Source of the DNA: Mobula hypostoma | Lineage: Eukaryota | DNA: 64,000 nt | Direction: 5' to 3' | NCBI RefSeq assembly: GCF_963921235.1 | Contig: NC_086108.1 | Location: 97,032,001-97,096,000, forward strand | The notes under the pieces: model-generated | Seen by the model: only the letters and a program-made list of their open reading frames with translations | Database searches by the model: none | Told to the model about the DNA's origin: nothing | Position numbers and translations under genes: made by a program | In this document: positions 49,398-62,900 of the stretch, piece by piece | Position numbering within the stretch: the stretch's first letter is position 1 | How the letters are laid out: every line of letters begins with the position of its first letter

Positions 49398-49960
49398 CAC
49401 TCAGAGGCCCTTTAATTAGATACCTGCTGCAGGTAGTTAAATGGTCACTGAGTGTACCTTCGTGGTCTTCTGCTGCTGTAAACCATCCACTTCAGGGTTA
49501 AACATGTTGTGCATTCAGAGATGCTCTTCGGCACACCACCGTTGTAATATGTGGTTATTTGAGTTGCTGTCACTTTCCTGTCAGTTTGAACCAGTCTGGC
49601 CATTCTCCTGTGACCTCTCTCATTAACAAGGCATTTACGCCCAGCCCACTGAACTGCTGCTCACTGGATTTTTTTTTTGTTGTTTTTCATACTATTCTCT
49701 GTTATTACTGAAAAGCCTAGGGTATCAGCAGTTTCTTAGATACTCAAACCACCCCATCTGGCACCAGTATCCTATCCACAGTCAAAATTACTTAGATCAA
49801 CTTTCTTTCCCTTTTTGATGTTTGGTCTGAACAACAACTGGACCTCTTGACCAGGTCTGCATGCTTTTAAGGAATGAGTTGCTGCCACATGATTGGCTGA
49901 TTTAGATATTTCCATTAATGAGCAGGCGTACAGGTGTACCTAACAAGGTGCCACTGAGTG
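49398..49960 (-). mobile_element. Internally deleted Tc1-type element with both TIRs
   Basis: TA-CACTCAGAGGCCC... and ...GCCACTGAGTG-TA; interior is the reverse complement of 28645-28930. Confidence 0.85.
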
Positions 49961-50214
49961 TAACACTGAGCAGGTGAGTAGTCACTGTATCAGAAGAAAG
50001 ACTGGGCATTGACACTCACAAGAGCAGCAAAGGACGAATCATGTTAGTACTGCAGTATGAAATGTGGAGGTCAGCAAATGCACTGAACTTCTGTAGCAGT
50101 TGAGAAGATGGCTCAATAAACTAGGGAACTCCTGAGCATTGAATCCCTACGTCAACATCAGACCATGAAAGGAATAAATGGAGGAGTCATCACGAAAAAA
50201 AAAGCCTGGAGATA

Positions 50215-50710
50215 CATGTTCTCCATCAGTTACTTGTTCTCCATTGAGGGCATCTTCAAATGGTGGTGCCTTAAGAAGGCAGCACCATCATTAACGACCT
50301 TCGTCATCTCTGACACTCCTTCTTCTCATTACTACAATCTGGGAGGTACAGGAGCCTGAGAGCTCACTCTTCACATTTTAGGAACAGCTTCTTCCCCTCT
50401 GCCATCAGATTTCTGAATGGTCCATGCACACTGCCTCATGATTTGCTCTTTATTTATTAATTTCTTGCTATTTCTTATTGTAGCTTAGAACATAGAACAT
50501 TACAGCCCAGTACGGGCCCTTCGGCCTACTCTAAGATCAATCTAACCCTTCCCTCCTGCTACATAGCCCTCCATTTTTCTATTGTCCGTGTGCCTATCAA
50601 ATAATTTCTTAAATGCCCCTACCTTACAGTAATTTTTTACGTATTGCACTGTACCTCTGCTGCAAAACAAATTTCACAATCTGCTTCATAATAGTAAACC
50701 TGATTGTGTT
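50215..50710 (+). mobile_element. Rex1/Babar 3' fragment with nested minus-strand CR1 tail (~50486-50620)
   Basis: FRNSFFPSAIRFLNG read in the DNA; (TAGAACA)n CR1 tail. Confidence 0.7.
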
Positions 50711-52719
50711 TCTGATTTGTCTGTGACTGTATGGAACATTTTAGTTTAGGTCTCTATTCATCTGAATCTATTTGGCGGCAGGCCATTTTCTGATGAGGCG
50801 CAGTTCATCTAATCTTGTTGATTCATTGTGGTTGGACACCTGATTTGGACCCTGTTTCCCTGTGAAGATTTGCAAAGAGCTTTTGAACTTGGAATGCTTT
50901 CTGATCTGTTGAACAACAAGTCACTGGATTCGCTGCCCCATGATGTGAGAATGAGGCATTGTACTAGCCATTTCCTTCACAAGGAGAGATCACAATCCTG
51001 AAGCTGACTGTTCCTGTTATCAGTGGCATAATCATTTTTAAAAAGTGGCATTGATTTAGTAGTTGCACAGAGATTAACCGCCCTTTATAACTGGAGGCAG
51101 CAGTTCCATTGATCTGTGAGACACATTCACTACTCCTGTGGATAAAACAATAATTTTGCTTTGCCTTGCAAGAGTTTTGTTACAAGAGGTATATTGTTCT
51201 ACTTGGCTATGCTGTTGGTAAATCAGTGCATTGACAATTTTTAAAATTATGAATAAAGTTTGAACATCAATCAAGTTCATCATAAATCAGGTTAACTGCA
51301 ATTAAATTTATAATCTTATCGCTTGAGAATATTTATTTCTTCTTTTCTTTGGTCTTGTGCTGATGGGTTATTGTCAAATGTTATGGTGTCACTGCACGGC
51401 TTTCTTCAAAGTGATCTTAACGGCATGAGCATGGAGGCAAAGAAACAGTGATTTTTTTTCCAGGACTGACAAGTGTTAAGATACTACCTTGTTACTAACT
51501 TCTACAGAGAAATAGGCAAGGGCTGTGTAGAAATCGAGCTATTGCACAAAGAAGTTATAATATATTTTTGAAATTCAAATGCAACACCAGAGAATAATAA
51601 ACAATGGCATATCTTTGCACAGTTTTTATATCAGTGCAGTTTCTAAAATTATTATCCTGTAACTCCCCTAGTAGAAAAGATGCTGCCAGGCATTCAAGGC
51701 TGCTGTCAAAAGGGTATTCTTGACAAATAAGGTGCTGTCTTATGTGTAGAATGCATGGCAATGAGTGGCTGCAGGTGACATTCATGATTTAGAATACTTC
51801 CCACCATCATTATAAGGCTCTCAATCATAACACTGTCTCTCAACATTTTCATTTTACACCTTGTGTTATGTTACAGGACATTCATTATAGGACAGACCCT
51901 GTTATCATAAACAAAACACTTAAAGCCAAGCTTACCACTTTAATGAGGGTGGAGTGGATTTTTGGGATAGTTATGAACTTAGCAGTAACCCATGGATAAA
52001 GCATAACTTGTGCAGAACTAACGTGATATTTGGCATGACAGCAGAAACTAAAGTATCATTATTATGAACAGATTTCAGTCAGTATTGTTAGGTGTGGAGT
52101 TCAGGAAGAAGGCTGCTCCTGTCAACGGAGCATAGATTGCCATTGGCTCCAGGTGTAACTTGTCAGGGGCACATCACAATTAAATTACTAATAAACAGAG
52201 ATGGATGGTTGGTATTTACACTAAATCTGTGTGTTTTTTTTAAATTTAAGGCTTTAATTGATGCAGAAAAAATTGTACAAATATTAGTTAAAATACCAGC
52301 AGTAATTCACAGATGAGTGCAGATTCGACTGAACTTAAACCACTAAAATAACAGGATATGTGGTGTGACAGCAGAAAGAAAAGTGTCATTATTATAAACA
52401 GTCTTCAGTTGGGTTCCAAACGCATTTGTAACAGGTTCTACTGTGTTCAGATCCAACATACATCACATGTTATGTTACACTCGCTCAAAAACAGTGATTA
52501 ATTCTACATCTTTAAATGTCAGCTTTTACTAAAATGAACACAGACTGCAAGACAAATAGATTTGCGTCTCAGAATTACTGAACCGAGCCATGGATGACCA
52601 GAGTTTGCTCCAGATATAACCCAAAGATGAAACAATAGGATCTTCGGTGCGGAGCGGAGTGGAACAGGTGGTAAGATACCTGAATGGCCAAGGCTAGATC
52701 AATAAATGGGGGGACATAA

Positions 52720-53670
52720 AAGACTGTAAGACACAGGAGCAGAACTAGGCCACTTGGACCATCAAGTGTGCTCCACCATTCAATCGTGGCTGATTTATTA
52801 TCCCACTCAACCCTATGCTCCTGCCTTCTCCCCATAACCTTTGGTACCATTGCTAATCAAGAACCTATCAACCTCTTCTTTAAAAACTGTATATCCAATG
52901 ACTTGGCTTCCATAGCTATCTGTGGCAATGAGTCCACCGATTCGCCTGCCTCTGGCTGAAGAAATTCTTCCCCATCGCAGTTCCAAAGTGCATGCACAAA
53001 ATGAGACACTTTTCTGTTTTAAGTTACTAAGTAGATTTCCTAATCTCCATTGAGACTGCAACAATACAGTTTAGAAGAATGAGGTGAAGAATTGAGGATG
53101 CTAAGAAGAGTTTATGAGGCAGGTTCTGAAAGACTGCTTCCTCAGGCCTGAGTTTCCAATACTAAGTGTTAGATAACGGGGTCATTTAGGACTGACCTAT
53201 GGAGAAATCTCTCAACTCAATGATTGCAAATCTTTGGAATTCTCAACCTTGAAGGACTGCAGATTCTTGAGCTCTGGATATATTACAATAGAGAACATAA
53301 CAACCAGAAACTATAGCACAATACAGGTCCTTTGGCCCACCAGGTTGTGTTGACCTTTTAATGCACTCTAAGATCAATCTAACCCTTCCCTCCTCCTACA
53401 TAGCCCTCCATTTTTCTAACAACCGTGTGCCTATCTAAGAGTTTTTTCAATGTCCCTAATGTGTCTGCCTCCACCACCAATGCTGGCAGAGTGTTTCATG
53501 CGCTCACTACTCTCTGTAAAAAAAACTTACCCCTGACATCCTCCTATGCTTTCCAACAGTCACCTTAAAAGGCCCACTTGTATTATCCATTTCCACCCTG
53601 GGAAAAAGTCTCTGGTTGTCCATTTGATCTTTGCCTCTCATCATCTTGTACTCCTTGATCAAGTTGCTTC
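52720..53670. mobile_element. Cluster of CR1 3' fragments (52720-52990 minus, ~53070-53290 plus, 53290-53670 minus)
   Basis: Similarity to the other CR1 3' ends in the window. Confidence 0.7.
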
Positions 53671-53784
53671 ACAGCTTCAAAGCTAACTCACGAGAAAGGT
53701 TTGGATGGGAAGGTGGATGAGATACAGCATTATTGAATAGAGACCAGGCTGAAAGGCAGTATGGAAAAATCTCTCATTTAGTGA

Positions 53785-54120
53785 GAGGCTGGGAGGTGAT
53801 TGGTGGAAAAGGTAAAGGACTGAAGAAGGAATCTGATAGGGGAGGAGATTTGACTATGGGAGAAAGGGAAGGAGAGAGCGGACCTGAGGGAGGTGAGAAG
53901 AAGGTGAGGAGAAGAGAAGAGGTAACAGTGGAACCAGAGAGGGGAATGGAAGAAGAGAGAAGGGGGATGGGGTGAAATTCAGGAAGTTAGAGAAATCAAT
54001 ATTCATGACATCAGATTGGAGACTATCCAAAAGGAATATGAGGTGTTGCTCTTCTAACATGAAGTCAGCCTCATTGTGGCAGTAAAGGCCATGAATTGAC
54101 ATATTGAAATGGGAGTGGAG
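53785..54120 (-). mobile_element. Penelope 3' fragment (GIY-YIG C-terminus plus pLTR)
   Basis: HSHFNMSIHGLYCHNEADFMLEEQHLIFLLDSLQSDVMNIDFSNF aligns with the ORF ending at 63549. Confidence 0.88.
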
Positions 54121-57100
54121 ACTCCAAATGTGGATAAACCACTCTTCCAAAAGCCAACACTGTTAGCTTCAAAGTAAAAAAAATTGTAGCAAAAGGCTGA
54201 TTTTGTCATTTCCTAACTTTCTGGATAATTTTTGAATAATTCCTTATTGTGCATAATAGTAGTTGTATTTTTGCAAATAATTCAGTGCTAATGCATTATA
54301 CATATATTATCAGCTTAAAAATTGGCATTATGAATTTATAGCTAGCACACAATAATTCTCAAACAGTATTAGCACGTCTTAATGAGGCATTTTAATAAGA
54401 TGATTCCAAACACATTTGTAACAGGTTCTACTGTGTTTGAGTCCAACATGCACCATGTGGTATATTTTACTCAAATGTACTGATTAGTTTTACATCTTTA
54501 AATGTCAGTTTTACCAAAATGAACACATCTACTCCCCAATTAAAAGGGATTTGTTTCTCAAAGCCATTGGGAGGGGAATAAAAAGAAAAGCGGTAATTAT
54601 ATACGATCTGTGAATAGACTAACGTATTTTGGAAACCCAACAATATCCAACTTGAAGCAACATCACACAAATGGATAGTTTTAGCTCCAAAAAGAGCAAT
54701 ATTTACCAAAAATATTCTTGAATTTTGGAAATTCATGACCAACACCTTTTCACAACTAACAAAATGCAGTTACTCTGCAGACATGGCAAATGACATCACG
54801 TTTGTCAAAAAAAAGTTTAATTAGTAAAAATCTGCTCCCCAAGGCCTGGGATAGCACAAGGTGTAAATGGAGAGACTGTCCCAGCTTGCTTGCTCTGCAG
54901 TACACTACATCTCATGCACAGATGGGCTGGTAAAGAAACTGTGAATGGACAAATGATAACAGAATATTCAGTAATTCCAACATCAGATCATTAGCAATCT
55001 GTCAGAGATTTTAATTTGCGTAATGGCGAAAAATGCAGAAATGCAACACAGACAGAAGACAAGATCGAGATGTTGTAGCACCTAATTGAAAAGGCTTTCA
55101 TAATGAATCAACACTAAGAACTTTGAGAATAATATTGTTTCAGATTTGCTATGAGTTCTATTACAAGCAAAGATATGCTAATGGTTATCAGTGAAGATAA
55201 ATATTTGAATTCTGAATGTGTTCTTTGAATAATAAATTATATTAGTCAGATTTCAAAATGACCTATGGCCTGTTCAGATCTTATTAAAAAATACAATATA
55301 ATTGGATTTCCACATCAGGAATAAAAAAAAACAAAATGCAAGTGGATGGGAAGAGACCCTTTTCTATTTTTTCTCCATACTTTTATTGAAGCTTTGTTCA
55401 GTCAAATGGGGATTGTGGATTTTAATGCAATGCCAACCAGTATATTATACAGCTGTGGAGTCACCGGAGAGATGAAGAAAACATAGGGTTATGATACAAA
55501 GTATAAGATTCAGATCATGAATCCATTCTGTACACACCCTACAGGAGCAGTGCACATCTATTTACAGTGCAAGTAATTATCTGCAGTGTTCGCTACACTT
55601 CTCTGGGGTATACACATGAGAAGGGTGGATATAAAGCCTGGTTTTATATTCACTATTAGAGACTTGCCAACACAATACTAATAGCAATTACTTTTGTATT
55701 TTATGTGACATGGTACTGTGTTAATCAGTTCAGCGGTTTTAATATTTTAATTAACATTAGACAATAATTTGGAATAAGGGCAATCTACCGCTGCCTTCAT
55801 GAATATCCACGAAGGGAAGGTCTCGTTGTAAAGTATCTTTCTGGACATTCTTGGAGTTTAGTGGTATAGTGGTATATCATTTATGAATCTCTTATCTCCA
55901 CCTCAACAAACTTTCAGTTATATTTGCAAAATACATTTTTATTAGGTAAATGTAAAGATTCTGGACAATACACTACCCAGATACCAATATTTGAATAACA
56001 GCGAGGCATGTTTTCTTTAAAGTAACCCCTCAAGGTAGCTCCATTGCACGATATTAGTCTCCACTCTACTCTCCCGCCGATTTAGCCTGAACTTTGATTT
56101 CCCCAATGGACTAAAGTACTGTTGATCCCAGGTTTGAATGTCGTCAATGACTCAGTGTTCTCAGCTGTCTTTGGTAGACAATCCCAAAGTTCCACATCAT
56201 CTGAGGGAAGAAATTCATCCTCATTTCTGTCATAAATAGTTGGCCCCTGATACTGAAACTCTTCTCCCAATTTCTAAGTTCACTTCCCAGAAGAAAAAGA
56301 AAGCTGGACAAACTAGTATTTTTTTGCCTCTGGGGCAGCAGAGGCTGAGGGGATGCCTGACAGAAGCTTAGAAAATGATGAGGGATCATAAATGGAGTGG
56401 ACAGCTCTGTCTCCCAGGATTGGGAGATTCCCCCTCAGAACCTTATACAATTCTTCTAAATTCCAGTGGGGATTGACTCAACCCACTCAAACTTGAATCT
56501 TGAGGCAACCACTTCAACCCAAAAATCAAATTAGGAAATCTTCTCTCTGCCACTTCCAATGTAAATATGCTTCTCCTTAAATAAGGAGTCCGGATGTGGT
56601 CTTCCCTGTACAGCTTTACTTTTGCCCTCCTTCTCCCCTGTAGAGAAGTCCAACATTCCTTTTGTTTCCCTGGTTACTTGCTCAACCACATGACTCTTTG
56701 TGCATCATGTACATGGACTTACGGTATGAGCTGCCAGTGGAAGTAATGGATACGGGTTTGATTGCAACACTTAAGGGAAGCTTGGATAAGTACATAGATA
56801 GGAGGGGTATGGTGAGGTAAGGTCCAGGTGTGGGTTGATGGGACTAGGCAGACTAACAGTTCAGCATGGGCTGAATGGGCCCAAGAGCCTATTTCTGTGC
56901 TGTGGTCCTCTGTGTCTCTATAAGGACACACAGATCTCTCTTTGTGGCAGTGTCCTGGAGTCTTCCCACAGTTACTTGGCTTCCTCTGAATCGAGGCCTG
57001 TTCGACCATCTGATACATTGGCAACCCAGAACTGGCAGGCTACCCAGCCTGCACAAACTCAGGACACAGATCGCTGTCCCTATGCTAATAGGACCTGGGT

Positions 57101-57419
57101 TCAGATCGAGATTTTGCTCCAATCCTGGCATATCCTGTACAACTAAATCGATTCAAAGCCTGATCTGTGTCAACCGCCTGAGTGATGCAAAGGTTTTCCA
57201 AATGCGTGAATAATCAGATTGTGCAGAGCAGTCTGAGTAATGCGACCATATTATCATCTGGAACTTCACTGTGGGTGGAATTAAGTTTAGTGTTCAGAAG
57301 CTTTGCCTATGTTCCATCACTCCCCCATTAACTACCAATTATTATTCATGCTTCAACATCAACGCTGTTTTCTATTGGCTGCTCTATACTTAGATTATAA
57401 GCATGTAGTGTTGAGAAAG

Positions 57420-58975
57420 CAGAAAGCAGAAGGACTTGGACAGATTAGGAGAATGGCAGATGGAATATAGTGTAGGGAAGTGTACGGTCACGCACTTTGG
57501 TAGAAGGAATAAAGGCATAGACTATTTTCTAAACGGAGACAAAATTCAGAAATCAGAGGTGCAAAGAGAGTTGAGAGTCCTTATGCAGGATTCCCTAAAG
57601 CTGAGGTTGAGCCAGTGGTAAGGAAGGCAAATACAATGTTAGAATTCATTTTGAGAGGATGAGAATATAAAAGCAGAGGTGTAATGCTGGGGCTTATAAG
57701 GCACTGGTCGGACCGCATTTGGAATATAGGGTGTAGTTTTGTGCCCCTTACATGGTAAATGGTAAATGGTAGGGCATTGAAGAATGCTGTAGAACAGAGG
57801 GATCCAGGAATAATGGTGCATAGTTCCCTGAAAGTGGAATCTCATGTAGATAGGGTGGTGAAGAAAGCTTTTGGTATGCTGGCCTTTATAAATCAGAGCA
57901 TTGAGTATAGGAGTTGAAATTGTACAAGGCATTGGTAAGGCCAAATTTGGAGTATTGTGTACAGTTCTGGTCACCCAATTATAGGAAAGGTGTCAACAAA
58001 ATAGAGAGAGTACAGAGAAGATTTATTAGAATGTTATCTGGGCTTCATCACCTAAGTTACAGAGAAAGGTTGAACAAGTTGGATCTTTATTCCTTGGAGC
58101 ATAGAAGGTTGAGGGGAGACTTGATAGAGGTATTTAAAATTATGAGGGGGATAGATAGAGTTGACGTGGATAGGCTTTTTCCATTGAGAGTAGGGGAGAT
58201 TCAAACAAGAGAACTTGAGTTGAGAGTTAGGGGGCAAAAGTTTAGGGGTAACATGAGAGGGAACTTCTTTACTCAGAGAGTGGTAGCTGTGTGGAACGAG
58301 CTTCCAGCATAAGTGGTTGAGGCAGGTTGGATGTTGTCATTTGAAGTTAAATTGGATAGCTATATGGACAGGAAAGGAATGGAGGGTTATGGGCTGAGTG
58401 CAGGTTGGTGGGACTAGGTAAGAGTAAGAGTTCGGCACGGATTAGAAGGGCTGAGATGGCCTATTTCTGTGCTGTAATTGTTATATGGTTATCTAAGAAC
58501 GAGTGTGCTGGCATTGGAGAGTATGTTTGTGACGATGATCATGGCAGTGAAAGGGTTAATGTATGATCTGTTTTTGATAGCTCTGGGCTTGTACCCACTA
58601 GCGTTTAGAAGAATATGGGGGAATCTCATTAAAACGTATGGAATATTTAAAGGCCTAGGTAGAATGGACATGGAGAGGATGTTTCCTAGAGTTGGGGAGT
58701 CCAAGACCAGAGAGCACAGCCTCAGAATAGAAAGATGTCCCTTTGGAACAGAGATGAAGAGGAATTTCTTTAGCTAGAAGGTGATGAATCAGCCACAGTC
58801 GGCTGCAGAAGCCAAGTCATTGGGTATATGTAAAGCGGAGGTTAATTAGTTCTTGAATAGAAAGGCTGTCAACGGTTACCGGAGAATGAGAGGGATAATA
58901 AATCAGCCATGATGGTGTGGCAGAGCGGACTCAAAGGGCCAAATGGCTTGTTTTTGCTCATATGCCTTAAGGTCT
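57420..58975 (+). mobile_element. CR1 with a second CR1 (~57752-58491) nested inside
   Basis: Outer copy breaks at GCCCCTTA and resumes at TCTAAGAA. Inner ORF 57914-58312 has LYKALVRPNLEYCVQFWSP...FFTQRVVAVWNELP. Confidence 0.9.
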
Positions 58976-59121
58976 TATTCACTTTTTCAATGAGTAACTT
59001 TACTACTAGGTTTGTTTTTTGTTATTTTCCCATTTCCCATTCATCTCCTTTCTGCTTTAACTCATCTGGAATGGCATTGATTTTTGTTGCTGGAATTCCA
59101 AGGCAACACAATGTTTGTTAG

Positions 59122-59404
59122 TGTGGCACGTGGCCAAGTGGTTAGGGTGTTGGACTAGCGATCTGAAGGTCGTGGGTTCAAGCCTCGGCCGAGGCAGCAT
59201 GTGTGTCCTTGAGCAAGGCACTTAACTACACAATGCTCCAGTCCACCCAGCTGAGAATGGGTACCGGCAAAAATTCTGAGGATTAACCTCGCGATAGACT
59301 GGTGTCCTATCCGGGGGGTGGGGGGGGGAAGTCTCGTACTCTCAGTCGCTTCATGCCATGGAAACTGGTATAAGCACCAGGCTCGTGACAGACTTTAAAA
59401 AACT
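59122..59404 (+). mobile_element. tRNA+CORE-like SINE, body type 3
   Basis: Same head as 11007/21707 but diverges after ATGCTC into CAGTCCACCCAGCTGAGAATGGGTACC. TSD ATGTTTGTTAG at 59111-59121 and 59405-59415. Confidence 0.85.
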
Positions 59405-59909
59405 ATGTTTGTTAGAGAGGCGGACAGAGGTGTTATTTGGTAACTGCAGGTACACTGAAACAAAACTGCATGGTCAGAATATCAAGTAAATGTATCGCTG
59501 TGTGATATTCCCAGTCTTTTAAACAGTTTCAATTTTTAAATTAACCTGCAGTGCAGTTTCTGTACCCCAAGTGTTAATTACTGTCCTTTCCCCTGGGTGT
59601 GTGCCATTAACTAGTTGGATCTGAAGAGTGAAGATGAGAAATTTGTGGTCTGAAGAATCGGAAGGGCACAAAGCTAGCATTCATCTTCCCTGTGAAGACC
59701 TGAGCTATTTCACAGTGGATGCTCCAGCTAAGAAAAAATTCTGAAGCTCCTTTATGGGTTGTATAAATAGTAATTACGTGGCAATAGTATAGCCCAGTTG
59801 CTTTGGTCCTTGACATAAGAGATTCTGCAGATTCTGGAAATCTTGAACAACATACTCAGATTACTGGAGGAACTCAGCACTTACATTGATTTCTCTAACA
59901 TCCGGTAAT

Positions 59910-62900
59910 TTCCTGCACATCCCTCCCATCCTGTACCTATCCAAATTTCCCTTAAATGTTGAAATCAAACCCACATCAACCACTTCCGCTGGCAGTTCGT
60001 TCCATTCTCTCACCGCTCTCTGAGTGAAGAAGTTGCCCCTTATGATCCCCTTAAACATTTCTCCTTTCACCCTTAACCCATGACCTCTAGTTCTAGTCTC
60101 ACTCAACCTGAGTGGAAAAAGCCTGCTTGTATTTACCCCATCTATCCCCCTTATAGTTTAGTATACCTCTATCAAACCTCCTCTCAATTACCCTAACAGG
60201 CCATTCCAGGCACTGAAGTGTAAAAAAAACACTTGCCTTGATCTCTTTTAATTTCATCTCTGTCATTATAAACCTACTTCCTCTAGTATTTGCCATTTCC
60301 ACCCTGGGAAAAATACTTTGTTTACCCTACCTGTGCCTCTCATAATTTTATGTACTTTTATCATGTCACCCTTCAGCCTTCAGAGAAAACACTAGAATTT
60401 TGTCAACTCACCTTATAGCTAATACTCTCTAATCCAGGCAACATCCCAATGAACCTCTTCTGCATTCTGTCCAAAAATTCTTCACAATCTTCCATTAATG
60501 AGGCAAACAGAACTGCAAACATCATTCCAAGGGTGGTCTAATCAAAATTTTTTTCAGCTGCAACATGACTTCCTAAACTTTATACTCATTACCCCAATCA
60601 ATGAAGGCAAGTATGCTATGTGCTTTCTATACCAGCGGTCTACTTGTGTTGCTATGTTTACGGAGCTAATGGAATAAGTACTTTGGATCTGTCTTCACTA
60701 GGGAAGACACAGGCAATCTCCCAGATGTATGGATAGGCCAAGGACATGGGGTAACAGAGGAACTGAAACAGATTGACATTAGGAAGGAAACGGTGATGAG
60801 TAGACTGATGGGACTGAAAGCTAACAAATCCCCAGGTCCAGATGGTCTGCATCCTAGGGTACTAAAGGAGGTGGCTCTGGAAATTGCAGATGCATTGGTG
60901 ATCATTTTCCAATATTCCTTAGATTCAGGATCAGTTCCTGAGGATTGGCGAATGGCTAGTGTTATCCCACTTTTTAAGAAAGAGGGAGGGAGAAAACAGA
61001 GAACTATCGCCCTGTTAGCTTAACATCAGTAGTGGGGAAGATGCTAGAGTCCATTATTAAAGATCAAATAGCGGCATATCTTGATAGCAGTGATAGGATT
61101 GGGCTGAGCCAGCATTGATTTACCAAGGGCAAATCCTGCTTGACTAATCTATTGGAGTTTTTCGAGGATGTAACCAGGAAGACAGACGCGGGAGATCCAG
61201 TGGATGTGGTGTACCTTGACTTTCAGAAGACATTTGATAAGGTACCACATAGGAGATTGGTGGGTAAAATCAGAGCTCATGGCATTGGGGGGAGGATATT
61301 GACATGGATAGAAAACTGGTTGGCAGATAGAAAGCAAAGGGTAGCAGTGAATGGGTGTTTCTCGGAATGGCAGGTGGTGACTAGTGGGGTGCCACAGGGC
61401 TCGGTATTGGGACCACAGCTGTTTACGATTTACGTCAATGATTTAGAGGAAGGCATTGTGAATAACATCAGCAAGTTTGCTGATGATACTAAGCTGGGTG
61501 GCAGTGTGACGTGATGAGGATGTTACGAGAATTCAGGGTGACTTGGATAGGCTGGGTGAGTGGGCAGAAACTTGGCAGATGGCGTTTACTGTGAATAAGT
61601 GTGAGGTTATTCACTTTGGGAGCAAGAACAGGAAGGCAGATTATTATCTGAACGGTGTGGAGTTAGGTAAGGGAGAAATACTAAGAGATCCAGGAGTACT
61701 TGTTCATCAGTCTCTGAAGGTGAATGAGCAAGTGCAGCAGGCGGTGAAGAAGGCTAATGGAATGTTGGCCTTTATTACAAAGGGAATTGAGTACAAAAGC
61801 AAGGAAATTCTTTTGCATTTGTACAAGGCCCTGGTGAGACCACACCTGGAGTACTGTGTGCAGTTTTGGTCTCCAGGGTTAAGGAAGGACATCCTGGCTG
61901 TGGAGGAGGTGCAGCGTAGGTTCACTAGGTTAATTCCTGGGATGTCCGGACTGTCTTACGCAGAGAGGTTAGAGAGACTGGCCTTGTACACGCTGAAATT
62001 AAGGAGATTGAGGGGGGATCTGATTGAGACATATAAGATTATTAAGGGATTGGACAAGATAGAGGCAGGAAATATGTTCCAGATGCTGGGAGAGTCCAGT
62101 ACCAGAGGGCATGGTTTAAGAATAAGGGGTAGGTCATTTAGGACAGAGTTGAGGAGGAACTTCTTCTCCCAGAGAGTTGTGGAGGTGTGGAACGCTCTGC
62201 CTCAGAAGGCAGGGGAGGCCAATTCTCTGGATGCTTTCAAGAAGGAGCTAGATAGGTATCTTATGGATAGGGGAATCAAGGGTTATGGGGGCGAGGCAGG
62301 AACCGGGTATTGATAGTAGGTGATCAGCCATGATCTCAGAATGGCGGTGCAGGCTCGAAGGGCCGAATAGTCTACTTCTGCACCCATTGTCTATTATCTA
62401 TTGTCTATACGTCAAGAACCCTCTGTACATCAATGTACGGTGGCTCCTGCCACTTATTGTATACTTTTCCCTTACATTTTACCTCGAAAAATGAAATGCC
62501 TTGTATTTGTCCTGATTTAATTCTATTTACCCACATTTCCAACTGGTCAAATATTCTGCTGAATCCTTAGACAACCTTCCTCACTATCAACAACTTAGCC
62601 AGATTTTGTGCCATCTGCAAACTATCTAATCAGCCGTCCTATATTTTTGTCCGTGTTACAAACAACAGAGGTCCCAGCACTGATCAATGTGGAACACCAC
62701 CAGTCACAGACTTCCAGTAAGAATAACACCCCTCCACCGCTACTCACTATGGCTAAGATAATTTTGAATCCAATCTGTCAAGCCTCTGTGGGTCCCATAT
62801 GGCCTAATCTTCTGGATCAGCTTACCACGAGAGTCCATCTCAAAAGCTTGACTGAAGTCCACGTATACAACACCCACAGCACCACCTTTAGCAGTCAACT

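Noticed and set aside
52430..52455. V(D)J recombination signal-like CACAGTA on the minus strand of the duplicated module
   Set aside because: No nonamer at 12 or 23 spacing and no Ig/TCR segments nearby.
57085..57125. 2A-like peptide (NLDLNPGP) in minus ORF 56889-57131
   Set aside because: Lacks the D(V/I)E of the DxExNPGP consensus and is not in a LINE ORF context.
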